Assembly: GCA_046538795.1 (NCBI GenBank)
Contig: JBKHIF010000002.1
Location: forward strand, 1 to 42,022
Length of the DNA stretch: 42,022 nucleotides
Reading direction: 5' to 3'
Source of the DNA: Candidatus Woesearchaeota archaeon
Lineage (GTDB): Archaea; Nanobdellota; Nanobdellia; Woesearchaeales; CAZJJJ01
Positions 28,097 through 36,336 of the stretch are shown one piece after another. Below the pieces are notes generated by a model, which was given only the letters and a program-made list of their open reading frames with translations, ran no database searches and was not told where the DNA came from. Both the position numbers and the translations under genes were made by a program. Each line of letters begins with the position of its first letter. The first letter of the stretch is position 1.

Positions 28097-29032
28097 ATGG
28101 CAAAGATATCTATCGAAAACATCGATGAAATCAAAGTAAATGTCATTCCTGTCGAAAGACGTTTTGATTCTGAAGGAGAGCTTGCAATAGATGAAAGAAT
28201 AAGACAAATATATGAAGACAATAATTATGATCTTCGCCCCAAAACATCTGAAGAAGCAGATGCCAGAGGAGAAAAACATTTCAACGGTCTTATGAGTTCT
28301 GCACCGAAAATTCAATCTTACCCTGTAAACGGAAAAAACTTCGTTACAGTCGATATTGCCCCTACAAGATATCTTATAGGCCAGGCAATGAGAGATTATG
28401 TAAAAGAAAATGAAGTATCTGAAAAAGAAGTTCAAAAAATAAGTCCAGACATGACAGGTGTTTCTCTTATCGTTCCTGTAAAAATTAATGGTGATTACTA
28501 TCTATTATCACAGGTCAAAGGAAAAGCTCTTGGTTCAGGACAAATCCATGCTGGACTTGTTGCAGGAAATGTTGATGCAAAATATCTAAACCAGCCTGAT
28601 CCACTTATAACAACACTACAAAACGAATGTTCTGAAGAACTTGGACTTAATCTAAGTTATCTTGATTCAACTTCATTCATATTCCTGATTGATGAAAGAG
28701 AGACAGGCCAGGTAAACTTCGCATCAGTTGCAATGAATGCTGATGTTCAAGAAATACTTACTGCTTATGAGTCAATGACAAGACAAAAACTAAAAAAAGA
28801 TGAAAAATTGGAAGTCATGGGATTAGCCAATCTTCCTGTTGCAGGAATATCATTAACACCTCTTGAAAATGGCTCGTCTGGAGTAAAAGACATTACATGT
28901 TATATGCCGTCTTCAGAAGGCCTTGTCAAACTAGTTGAAGAAAGAGGTGTACGCCCGTATACATCTGCCACCATAGATTATGTTTCTGAGCCAAAAAACA
29001 CAAGATTCCTTCTTGAAAAGGCAGGATATTAG
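28097..29032 (+). CDS. hypothetical protein with divergent Nudix-like core
   Basis: 311-aa ORF. The segment GQIHAGLVAGNVDAKYLNQPDPLITTLQNECSEELGL resembles a degenerate Nudix box (G-x5-E-x7-REUxEExGU), but the Arg and the first Glu are not conserved. Confidence 0.35.
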   Translation: MAKISIENIDEIKVNVIPVERRFDSEGELAIDERIRQIYEDNNYDLRPKTSEEADARGEKHFNGLMSSAPKIQSYPVNGKNFVTVDIAPTRYLIGQAMRDYVKENEVSEKEVQKISPDMTGVSLIVPVKINGDYYLLSQVKGKALGSGQIHAGLVAGNVDAKYLNQPDPLITTLQNECSEELGLNLSYLDSTSFIFLIDERETGQVNFASVAMNADVQEILTAYESMTRQKLKKDEKLEVMGLANLPVAGISLTPLENGSSGVKDITCYMPSSEGLVKLVEERGVRPYTSATIDYVSEPKNTRFLLEKAGY

Positions 29033-29337
29033 ATTTGTTTTATCCTATATATCTCCTTTCTTAATGTGTCAAGATAATCTTTGCTTTGTTCTCTTAATAA
29101 TTTATTGTTCTGCATAAGAACGCATGCACGATTAAAATATTTTCCAGCGGTAACAGTATCTGATTCTGAAAGATATTTCTCAACATCTGCGAGATTTTCT
29201 ACAAGCTTTATGTCCTCATCTGATATTGGACTTATTCCCCAGGAAACAAGAAGTTCAAGTCCTCTTGGATTTTTTTCGATCAGTTTCCATATTTTTTCAT
29301 CCATCTGGTCCTCCATCTGGACCGAAAAAGATATCAA
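29029..29337 (-). CDS. hypothetical small protein
   Basis: 102-aa ORF with a K/E/L-rich helical composition. The + strand ORF 29081..29389 is S/F-rich, typical of a shadow frame. The stop overlaps the stop of the convergent gene (TTAG, 29029-29032). Confidence 0.45.
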   Translation of the reverse strand: MISFSVQMEDQMDEKIWKLIEKNPRGLELLVSWGISPISDEDIKLVENLADVEKYLSESDTVTAGKYFNRACVLMQNNKLLREQSKDYLDTLRKEIYRIKQI

Positions 29338-29591
29338 TTCGCGTAAATCATGTAAGAATTCATTTTCGGCCCAAAACTTTTGTTTTTAGCAGCCGAAAAA
29401 TGAATAGTCAAACCCAAAAAAATACTGAAAAGTAAAGAAAAACTTCTCAAAAATTACAAACAAGTCTTTTAAGATCAGACTATCCATATAAATAATAATG
29501 ACACAATTATATAAAAAGATTTCTAGAAATAGGCTGAGAAAACCCTTATGAGTTTAAATGGAATCATGATATATCCTCAATAAAGAAAAAT

Positions 29592-29674
29592 AAAAAAACC
29601 TGCCGGAAAAGAAAAAATTCCTTTGGTGTCTGTGTGGCGAAGGATGAGGAATTTAGCATAACATTCCCGGCAGG
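29592..29674 (-). terminator. 76-nt nested hairpin followed by T7 (terminator or small structured RNA)
   Basis: Outer stem CCTGCCGG (29599-29606) / CCGGCAGG (29667-29674). Inner stem AAATTCCT (29615-29622) / AGGAATTT (29647-29654). On the minus strand it begins 13 nt after the TAG at 29688 and is followed by TTTTTTT (29592-29598). Confidence 0.5.
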
Positions 29675-29687
29675 GTGAAAATGAATT

Positions 29688-30653
29688 CTAGTAACCTAAA
29701 GCTTCATTGTATTCTGAATCGATAAGAGCTTTTTCGGCCATGTTAGGAGGACTTTGCTTTTTATCTCTTGAAGCTTCAGGTTTTGAATATTTGTTTATTA
29801 CCAACTCGCCTATCTTAGTCACAGACAAGAGCTTATTTCTGCCATCTTTTCTTACAACAAGCATGCCTTTCTCGACAAGCTCATTTATCCTTGATTGTAC
29901 TGTAGGAAATGTCAGATGAAACTCTTTTTTGATGTCTGAAAATGTGGTCTCAAGGCCTTTTATCTTTCTTCCTTCAGTGTAAAGCAAGACTTTCACGAGG
30001 TCTTCATCTATCTCTTTTGCATAGTCCCTCTGCTCCTTAAGCCTAAATAAAAGGAATAGAGATGCTGCAAGAGATATGCCTGAAAATCCTACAAGCAATA
30101 TTACCGAAAACAAAAGATAATCTTCTTTATCTTCTATATCTGAAACCTTTGATTCAATCTTTGGCTCCAGATCATCCTTAAGTTCTCTTATAAGTACAAG
30201 CATCTCTGAAAGGACAGCTTCTTTTTTGTTTTCTATAGATAATACCTCCGGATGTTTGGGTTCTGATCTTAGTATCCTTCTTGAAAGCGAATCATACTCA
30301 AAGAAGTTTGCGATCAGATAGGCATTCTTTTCTTTCATGGAATCATCCCTAAGCATCAGGTCAAGCATTGCGCTTTCAAGCCTGAATCTCTGTGAGATAG
30401 AATCATATTCTGAAAGATATCCTGAAGTAGCATTGCCTTTATAATAATCATCAGTAATCTCATCAGATCTCAAAAGAAAATCATAAAGATTCATAAGCCT
30501 GTCTTCTGATTCGTACAGAGTACCATCTAGAGATTCTCTTTCATCATACAGGCTTGCTGAAGCGCGATATAAGTTTATGCTCAAAATAAGAAAAACAAGG
30601 CACACAGCAACAATCGCATATTTCAACTTTGATACGCTAAATCCTTCTGCCAT
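29688..30653 (-). CDS. membrane-bound transcriptional regulator: TM, extracytoplasmic domain, TM, C-terminal winged-helix
   Basis: 321-aa ORF with TM1 YAIVAVCLVFLILSINLY, a ~170-aa helical outer domain, TM2 LLFSVILLVGFSGISLAASLFLLF, and a wHTH (TFSDIKKEFHLTFPTVQSRINELVEKGMLVVRKDGRNKLLSVTKIG). Confidence 0.65.
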   Translation of the reverse strand: MAEGFSVSKLKYAIVAVCLVFLILSINLYRASASLYDERESLDGTLYESEDRLMNLYDFLLRSDEITDDYYKGNATSGYLSEYDSISQRFRLESAMLDLMLRDDSMKEKNAYLIANFFEYDSLSRRILRSEPKHPEVLSIENKKEAVLSEMLVLIRELKDDLEPKIESKVSDIEDKEDYLLFSVILLVGFSGISLAASLFLLFRLKEQRDYAKEIDEDLVKVLLYTEGRKIKGLETTFSDIKKEFHLTFPTVQSRINELVEKGMLVVRKDGRNKLLSVTKIGELVINKYSKPEASRDKKQSPPNMAEKALIDSEYNEALGY

Positions 30654-30676
30654 ACACCCAAATAAGATGATTCTGT

Positions 30677-30684
30677 TTATAAAT
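30677..30684 (-). promoter_or_regulatory. TATA box TTTATAAA
   Basis: 27 nt upstream of ATG 30653. Confidence 0.55.
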
Positions 30685-30744
30685 TCTGTATTTATCTTAG
30701 GTTTTTGCCTAAAAATCGCTTAAAAAAGCAAAAGTTCAAGAAAA

Positions 30745-31428
30745 TTACTGCGTATTATCGCCTGAAATATTTATTATCTCATCGCCTGGATTCCATTCAG
30801 CAGGACACATTGTTCCCTCGAGATCGTATGTTAGTTGAGCTGCTTCAAGGGTCCTTATTGTTTCTGCAATAGATCGTCCTACATTATCTTCGTTTATCTC
30901 CATCGCAATAACCTCTTTTTCAGGATTGAAGATAAAGGTTGATCTCATGGCGAGCCCTGTTTTATCAGAAAGAACACCAAATTTTCTGCTCACATCTTTG
31001 TCAGGATCAGAAAGCATAGGATACTTGATTCCGGAAAGCATAGGTGTTGAATTAACCCATTCTTCGTGCATTTCAGCAGTATCTGTGCTTATAGTTATCA
31101 CTTCAGAACCCAGATCCCTTATCTCATCATACCTTTCTGCAAGCTCGGCAAGTTCAGTCGGGCAGACATGAGAGAAATCAGCAGGATAAAAAAATATTAT
31201 CGTCCAGTTTGAAACTATGTCTTCTGAGGAAAATTCAGTTATATTGCCGTCAACAAAAGCAAGCTCTGAAAAATCAGGCATTTTTTCGCCTATGATAAGC
31301 AGATCATTTCGTCCAAAATCTAGGTTCAAAGAAGAAGGATCCATAGGAAATGCCAAAAGATATATTATAAAAATCTGAAGAAGGACAATAAGCCCTAAAG
31401 TTAAAAGAATACCTGTTTTTGTTCTCAT
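30745..31428 (-). CDS. typical 2-Cys peroxiredoxin (AhpC/Prx1 type) with N-terminal signal anchor
   Basis: 227-aa ORF with N-terminal TM TGILLTLGLIVLLQIFIIYLLAF, peroxidatic motif FFYPADFSHVCPTELAE and a resolving-Cys region MCPAEWNPGDE. Confidence 0.85.
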   Translation of the reverse strand: MRTKTGILLTLGLIVLLQIFIIYLLAFPMDPSSLNLDFGRNDLLIIGEKMPDFSELAFVDGNITEFSSEDIVSNWTIIFFYPADFSHVCPTELAELAERYDEIRDLGSEVITISTDTAEMHEEWVNSTPMLSGIKYPMLSDPDKDVSRKFGVLSDKTGLAMRSTFIFNPEKEVIAMEINEDNVGRSIAETIRTLEAAQLTYDLEGTMCPAEWNPGDEIINISGDNTQ

Positions 31429-31535
31429 AACGTGCAGAAAACTGGTTTTTATTATTAAGTTTTTGTTTGTGGATAAAGTGACAAATCAATTAAAACAAAG
31501 AATATTAATAAATGATGTGATTAACAAGAATAAAG

Positions 31536-31901
31536 ATGGAAAACATAGCAATATTGATTGGCAAAGAATCTGAAGATGAATCTGCCAAAGAAAACTATGA
31601 CCTTATAATGGGCTCAAGGTTTTATTCTATAATTTATGACCACTCTTTTGAAAAAAAACAATATTACAAAACTCTTTGCAAAAGATTTGCTGAAAAGATC
31701 GCGAACAGAGTAAAAGAATCTGACGAATCTGCATTAGGCTATATTATTATAAATGGATATAAGATAAATCATGAAACAAAAGAACCAGAAAAAATAGTAA
31801 AACTAGATGACATAGTACTGGAACAGTTTAAACAAAGCCTGATCTCAGAAATAAATAAGTCAAACAAAGAACTGGCATTTGAACATCCATCAATAAACTG
31901 A
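31536..31901 (+). CDS. hypothetical protein
   Basis: 121-aa ORF. TATA-like AATATTAATAAA lies ~28 nt upstream. The TGA stop is immediately followed by TAA. No family recognised. Confidence 0.5.
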   Translation: MENIAILIGKESEDESAKENYDLIMGSRFYSIIYDHSFEKKQYYKTLCKRFAEKIANRVKESDESALGYIIINGYKINHETKEPEKIVKLDDIVLEQFKQSLISEINKSNKELAFEHPSIN

Positions 31902-31943
31902 TAAAACAGTGGTTTTATATATAATCCAATAACTTATTCTCGA

Positions 31944-32267
31944 ATGAAAAAAGGATCAGGTTTACTGTTATCATTAGGAATTGCAGGCTTTGCCGCTGGG
32001 TCATTCTATCTGATAAGCGAAGGAGCAAACCAATATGTAAGAAAGCAGGAAGAGGAAATTTTTGATTTAGTAAAAGAATATCAGATGGGGATATATGAAA
32101 GTTATGGGCTTATTCTTGATCAGATAGAAAACAGAAATTATGAAACTGCAAGAAGAATGCTTGAACTGTACATGAATAGCCTGGAAAAAAGCTTGTATGA
32201 CAACAAAAAGCAAGATAATCTTCCTCCTGAAATAGAACTTCCGCTTGAGGATCAGATAAATATCTAA
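31944..32267 (+). CDS. hypothetical N-terminally anchored small protein
   Basis: 107-aa ORF with one TM helix (GSGLLLSLGIAGFAAGSFYLI). TATA TTTTATATATAA lies ~26 nt upstream. Confidence 0.5.
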   Translation: MKKGSGLLLSLGIAGFAAGSFYLISEGANQYVRKQEEEIFDLVKEYQMGIYESYGLILDQIENRNYETARRMLELYMNSLEKSLYDNKKQDNLPPEIELPLEDQINI

Positions 32268-32313
32268 ACCAACAACCAAAACCAATAAATAGTTCAGCAT
32301 CATTTAAACAATT

Positions 32314-32799
32314 ATGATGCATAAGACTTCATTTTTTAAAAAAATAGATTTTAAGACTTTGATATTCTCAATAGTTATCTGTCAGCTTGCAGGGGTAATA
32401 GGATCAATATTTACAGCTCCAAGCATAGATACATGGTACAAGACATTAGAAAAACCATTTTTCACACCCCCAAACTGGCTTTTCGCTCCAGTCTGGATAT
32501 TGCTTTTTTTTCTGATGGGCATATCATTATATCTTATCCTTAAAGAAAAAAAGAATGAATTTGCTTTACGGTTTTTTTTCATACAGCTTGGGCTTAATAC
32601 CTTGTGTAGTATTCTTTTCTTTTGACTTCAATCACCGGTGATCGCATTTGTAGATATAATACTTCTCTGGACATTTATACTTCTTACAATTATTTCATCA
32701 TATAAGATAAACAGATGGGCTGCATTTATTCTTATACCATATATCTTATGGGTATCTTTTGCATCTGCATTGAATATTGCGATCGCATTTTTGAACTGA
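32314..32799 (+). pseudogene. tspO: TspO/MBR family protein interrupted by one in-frame TGA (32623-32625)
   Basis: N-terminal 103 aa (…APSIDTWYKTLEKPFFTPPNWLFAPVWILLFFLMGISLYL…LNTLCSILFF), then TGA, then the same frame LQSPVIAFVDIILLWTFILLTIISSYKINRWAAFILIPYILWVSFASALNIAIAFLN and TGA. The total of 161 codons equals a full-length TspO. Confidence 0.8.
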
Positions 32800-32846
32800 A
32801 TCAATTTCAACAAGATTTTTATACATGTGTCCTTAATTAAAGTTTG

Positions 32847-33404
32847 ATGAATCAAAAACTTGGCCTGAAGGCTGCTTCGTGGGCATCTATTATCGATGCA
32901 GCAACACTCATTCCACGAAACATTGGAATATACAGAATACTTGCACTGTTTGGAGTAATAACACAACAGATTGTATCACCCATATTCTACGTAACTCCCA
33001 TCATGATAAATTTTATTGTACTCATATCTGTTCTTAATGGTTATCTGATAATCGCAAGAGAAAACAAGCTAAAAAATTTCTCAAAATATCTTTATATCTC
33101 AATAATAAGTTCTGTTGCAGCATTCATTCTTTCAGAGATTGCTGGTTTTACAGGAAATAATATAATGGAAACAATAGCAGTAACTGCAACAATTATTTCA
33201 GGAGTTGCCCTGATCATGTTTGGAAATCAAATGTTCAGGCTTAAAAATAAATTCAAAAATCTTGCAACAGCCATAGGAACATCATATATGATGATAGGAC
33301 TTCTTTTTGCAACATATTTTCTAAGCAATCTTGCAACTTTCATAGGTGTTGTTTTGGCAACTTTTGAAGCAGTTCTTTTTTTCAAAGCAGCAAAAATGAA
33401 ATAG
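32847..33404 (+). CDS. polytopic membrane protein, unknown function
   Basis: About 185 aa with 5-6 hydrophobic helices. TATA GATTTTTATACA (32814-32825) is 27 nt upstream of ATG 32847. Confidence 0.55.
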   Translation: MNQKLGLKAASWASIIDAATLIPRNIGIYRILALFGVITQQIVSPIFYVTPIMINFIVLISVLNGYLIIARENKLKNFSKYLYISIISSVAAFILSEIAGFTGNNIMETIAVTATIISGVALIMFGNQMFRLKNKFKNLATAIGTSYMMIGLLFATYFLSNLATFIGVVLATFEAVLFFKAAKMK

Positions 33405-33485
33405 AACTTTTTTCAAAAACCACAAGACACTGGACATTCTTAAGGGCAAAATATAAAAACAATCCGAAATTTTTCCGGATTACAC

Positions 33486-36296
33486 ATGGAACACAACATA
33501 AAGATAAAAGGCGCACGAGAGCACAATCTTAAAAATATTGACGTGGAAATACCAAGAGAAAAGTTCATAGTGATAACAGGACTTTCAGGTTCAGGTAAAT
33601 CAACGCTTGCATTTGATACTATATATGCAGAAGGCCAGAGAAGATATGTTGAATCTTTGTCTTCATACGCAAGACAATTCCTGGGATTGATGAACAAGCC
33701 TGATGTTGATAGTATAGAAGGATTATCTCCTGCAATATCTATTGAGCAAAAGACAACAAGCAAAAATCCCAGATCAACTGTAGGAACTGTTACAGAGATT
33801 TATGATTATTTACGGCTTTTATTTGCAAGGGTTGGTACTGCATATTGTCCTGAACACAATATCAAGATCGAATCCCAGACACCTGAAAAGATTGCAGATC
33901 AGATTGAAGAAGAGTTCAAGGGAAAGGATGAAAACATAACAATCCTTTCACCTATAGTAAGGCAGAAAAAGGGAACTTATGAAAAACTCATAGAAGACCT
34001 GAAAAAAGAAGGCTATTCAAGAGCAAGAGTAAATAAGGAAATAATAAAGACTACAGAGAAACCAAAACTTGAAAGATACAAGAAACACGACATAGAAATA
34101 GTAATCGACAGGCTTAATCCAAGCGATCCTGAAAACAGGTCAAGACTTGTTGAAGCAATTGAAAACGCATCACAAAGATCTAAGGGTCTTGTAATAATAC
34201 TTTCTGAAGATAAAAAAGAGTTTCTTTATTCGTCAAAAATGGCATGTCCTATCTGCGGACTCACATTTGAAGAACTGCAGCCAAGGATGTTTTCATTCAA
34301 CAGCCCATTTGGTGCATGCGAGGAATGTCATGGTCTTGGAATAAAGATGGATTTTGATCCAGATCTTATCCTTCCTGATAAATCAAAATCAATAATTGAC
34401 GGAGCAATAGCGCTTTATGGAAAGATGGATATGTCATGGAGACTTCAACAGTTGCAGGAAGTGGGAAAACACTTCAAATTTGACATGTTTACCCCAATAT
34501 CCTTTTTCTCAGAAAAACAGCTTGATGTTCTTCTTTATGGAACAAATGAACCAATTCAAGGATTTTGGTCTAATGGTGCGAGCATGAACATGGAAAACGG
34601 CTGGGAAGGCCTTATACCTCAATCAGAAAGATTGTTCCACCAGACTGAATCAGATTACAGGAAAAGAGAGCTTGAAAAATACATGAGAGTAACACCTTGT
34701 CCTTCATGCAAAGGTCAAAGGCTTAAAGAAAAGGTTCTTTCTGTAAAGATAGCAGGAAAATCTATAATTGATTCAACAGAGATGTCGATATCTGAATCTC
34801 TTGAGTTTTTCAAAAACCTCAAGCTTGACGATAAAAAAAAAGAGATCTCAATACAGATACTAAAAGAGATCAATGAAAGGCTTACATTTCTTGATCAGGT
34901 TGGTTTAGGTTACCTGACTCTTTCAAGAAATGCAGGAACACTTTCAGGAGGAGAAGCACAAAGAATAAGACTTGCAACACAGATAGGATCAAACCTTGTA
35001 GGTGTTTTATATATCCTGGATGAGCCATCCATAGGTCTTCATCAGAGAGATAATGAAAAGCTCATAAATACTTTGACAAGATTAAGGGATCTTGGAAACA
35101 CTCTTGTTGTTGTAGAGCATGATGAAGATACAATAAGAAGCGCAGATCATGTGATAGACATGGGACCTGGCGCAGGTATTCATGGAGGACACATCATAGC
35201 TGAAGGAACTCCTAAAGAAATTGAAAAAAATACTAAATCTATAACAGGCGATTATCTTTCTGAAAGAAAAAAGATTGATCTTCCTAATAAAAGGCGTCCT
35301 GCGAAAGATTTCATGCATGTGAAAAAAGCAAGACAGCATAATCTGAAAAATATTGATGTGAAATTCCCGTTAAGAACACTTACTGTTGTCACAGGTGTTT
35401 CCGGCTCAGGAAAGTCAACATTAACTAATGAAATCCTGCATAAGGGTCTTATGAAAATGCTTCATAATTCAAAAGAAAAACCAGGTGAACATGATTCTAT
35501 CGAGTTTGATTCAAAAGTAGATAAGGTTATCGAAATAGATCAAAGTCCTATCGGAAGAACCCCGAGAAGCAATCCTGCAACTTATACAAAACTTTTTGAT
35601 GAGATAAGAAAGATATTTGCAGACACAAAAGAGGCAAAAATCAGAGGATATAAGCCTGGACGATTCTCTTTCAACGTAAAGGGCGGAAGATGCGAGGCCT
35701 GCCAGGGCGATGGTGTCATAAAAATCGAGATGAATTTCCTCCCTGACGTATATGTCGAATGTGAAGAATGCAAGGGAAAAAGATATAATAAAGAAACCCT
35801 TGAAGTAAAATATAAGGGGAAATCTATTGCTGATGTGCTTGACATGAGTGTAGAAGAAGCTCACACATTATTTGAAAATATTCCTTCAGCAAGACGAAAG
35901 CTTGAGACACTCAAAAAAGTAGGTCTTGAATACATAAAGGTAGGACAAAGTTCTGTCACACTTTCAGGAGGAGAAGCGCAAAGGATAAAGCTTACGAGAG
36001 AATTATCCAAAGTAGGAACAGGAAATACTGTGTACATTCTTGATGAGCCTACAACAGGACTTCATTTTCATGATGTGAACAAGCTTATCAGGGTCCTTAA
36101 TGCTCTTGTCGAGAAAAAGAATACTGTTATCGTAATAGAACACAATCTTGACATAATAAAATCAGCTGATTATATTATCGATCTCGGACCCGAAGGGGGA
36201 AACGGCGGCGGAAGAATAATTGCAGAAGGAACGCCTGAAGACGTTGCAAAAAACAAGCACAGCTATACAGGACAATTCCTTAAAAAGATGCTGTAA
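33486..36296 (+). CDS. uvrA: excinuclease ABC subunit A
   Basis: 936-aa ORF with two ABC ATPase modules ([28 protein letters not shown]; [10 protein letters not shown]; LSGGEAQRI twice) and Zn modules (CPICG...CEECHG; CEACQGDG...CEECKG). Confidence 0.97.
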   Translation: MEHNIKIKGAREHNLKNIDVEIPREKFIVITGLSGSGKSTLAFDTIYAEGQRRYVESLSSYARQFLGLMNKPDVDSIEGLSPAISIEQKTTSKNPRSTVGTVTEIYDYLRLLFARVGTAYCPEHNIKIESQTPEKIADQIEEEFKGKDENITILSPIVRQKKGTYEKLIEDLKKEGYSRARVNKEIIKTTEKPKLERYKKHDIEIVIDRLNPSDPENRSRLVEAIENASQRSKGLVIILSEDKKEFLYSSKMACPICGLTFEELQPRMFSFNSPFGACEECHGLGIKMDFDPDLILPDKSKSIIDGAIALYGKMDMSWRLQQLQEVGKHFKFDMFTPISFFSEKQLDVLLYGTNEPIQGFWSNGASMNMENGWEGLIPQSERLFHQTESDYRKRELEKYMRVTPCPSCKGQRLKEKVLSVKIAGKSIIDSTEMSISESLEFFKNLKLDDKKKEISIQILKEINERLTFLDQVGLGYLTLSRNAGTLSGGEAQRIRLATQIGSNLVGVLYILDEPSIGLHQRDNEKLINTLTRLRDLGNTLVVVEHDEDTIRSADHVIDMGPGAGIHGGHIIAEGTPKEIEKNTKSITGDYLSERKKIDLPNKRRPAKDFMHVKKARQHNLKNIDVKFPLRTLTVVTGVSGSGKSTLTNEILHKGLMKMLHNSKEKPGEHDSIEFDSKVDKVIEIDQSPIGRTPRSNPATYTKLFDEIRKIFADTKEAKIRGYKPGRFSFNVKGGRCEACQGDGVIKIEMNFLPDVYVECEECKGKRYNKETLEVKYKGKSIADVLDMSVEEAHTLFENIPSARRKLETLKKVGLEYIKVGQSSVTLSGGEAQRIKLTRELSKVGTGNTVYILDEPTTGLHFHDVNKLIRVLNALVEKKNTVIVIEHNLDIIKSADYIIDLGPEGGNGGGRIIAEGTPEDVAKNKHSYTGQFLKKML

Positions 36297-36336
36297 TTTG
36301 TGGTCTAATCCAAGCCGAATATGTACAACAATCAAA

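Noticed and set aside
28043-28435. 130-aa minus-strand ORF across the 28097 gene start
   Set aside because: It overlaps the TATA box and the 5' end of a better-supported + strand gene, and its composition is F/I/C-rich shadow.
32628-32966. 112-aa minus-strand ORF
   Set aside because: It is antisense to the conserved C-terminal half of tspO and to the start of the next membrane gene, and it is Cys/Ile-rich shadow sequence.
36220-36336. N-terminal 39-aa extension of uvrC overlapping the uvrA 3' end
   Set aside because: The extension is not UvrC-like and overlaps uvrA by 77 nt. The GIY-YIG domain begins right after ATG 36337 ([16 protein letters not shown]).
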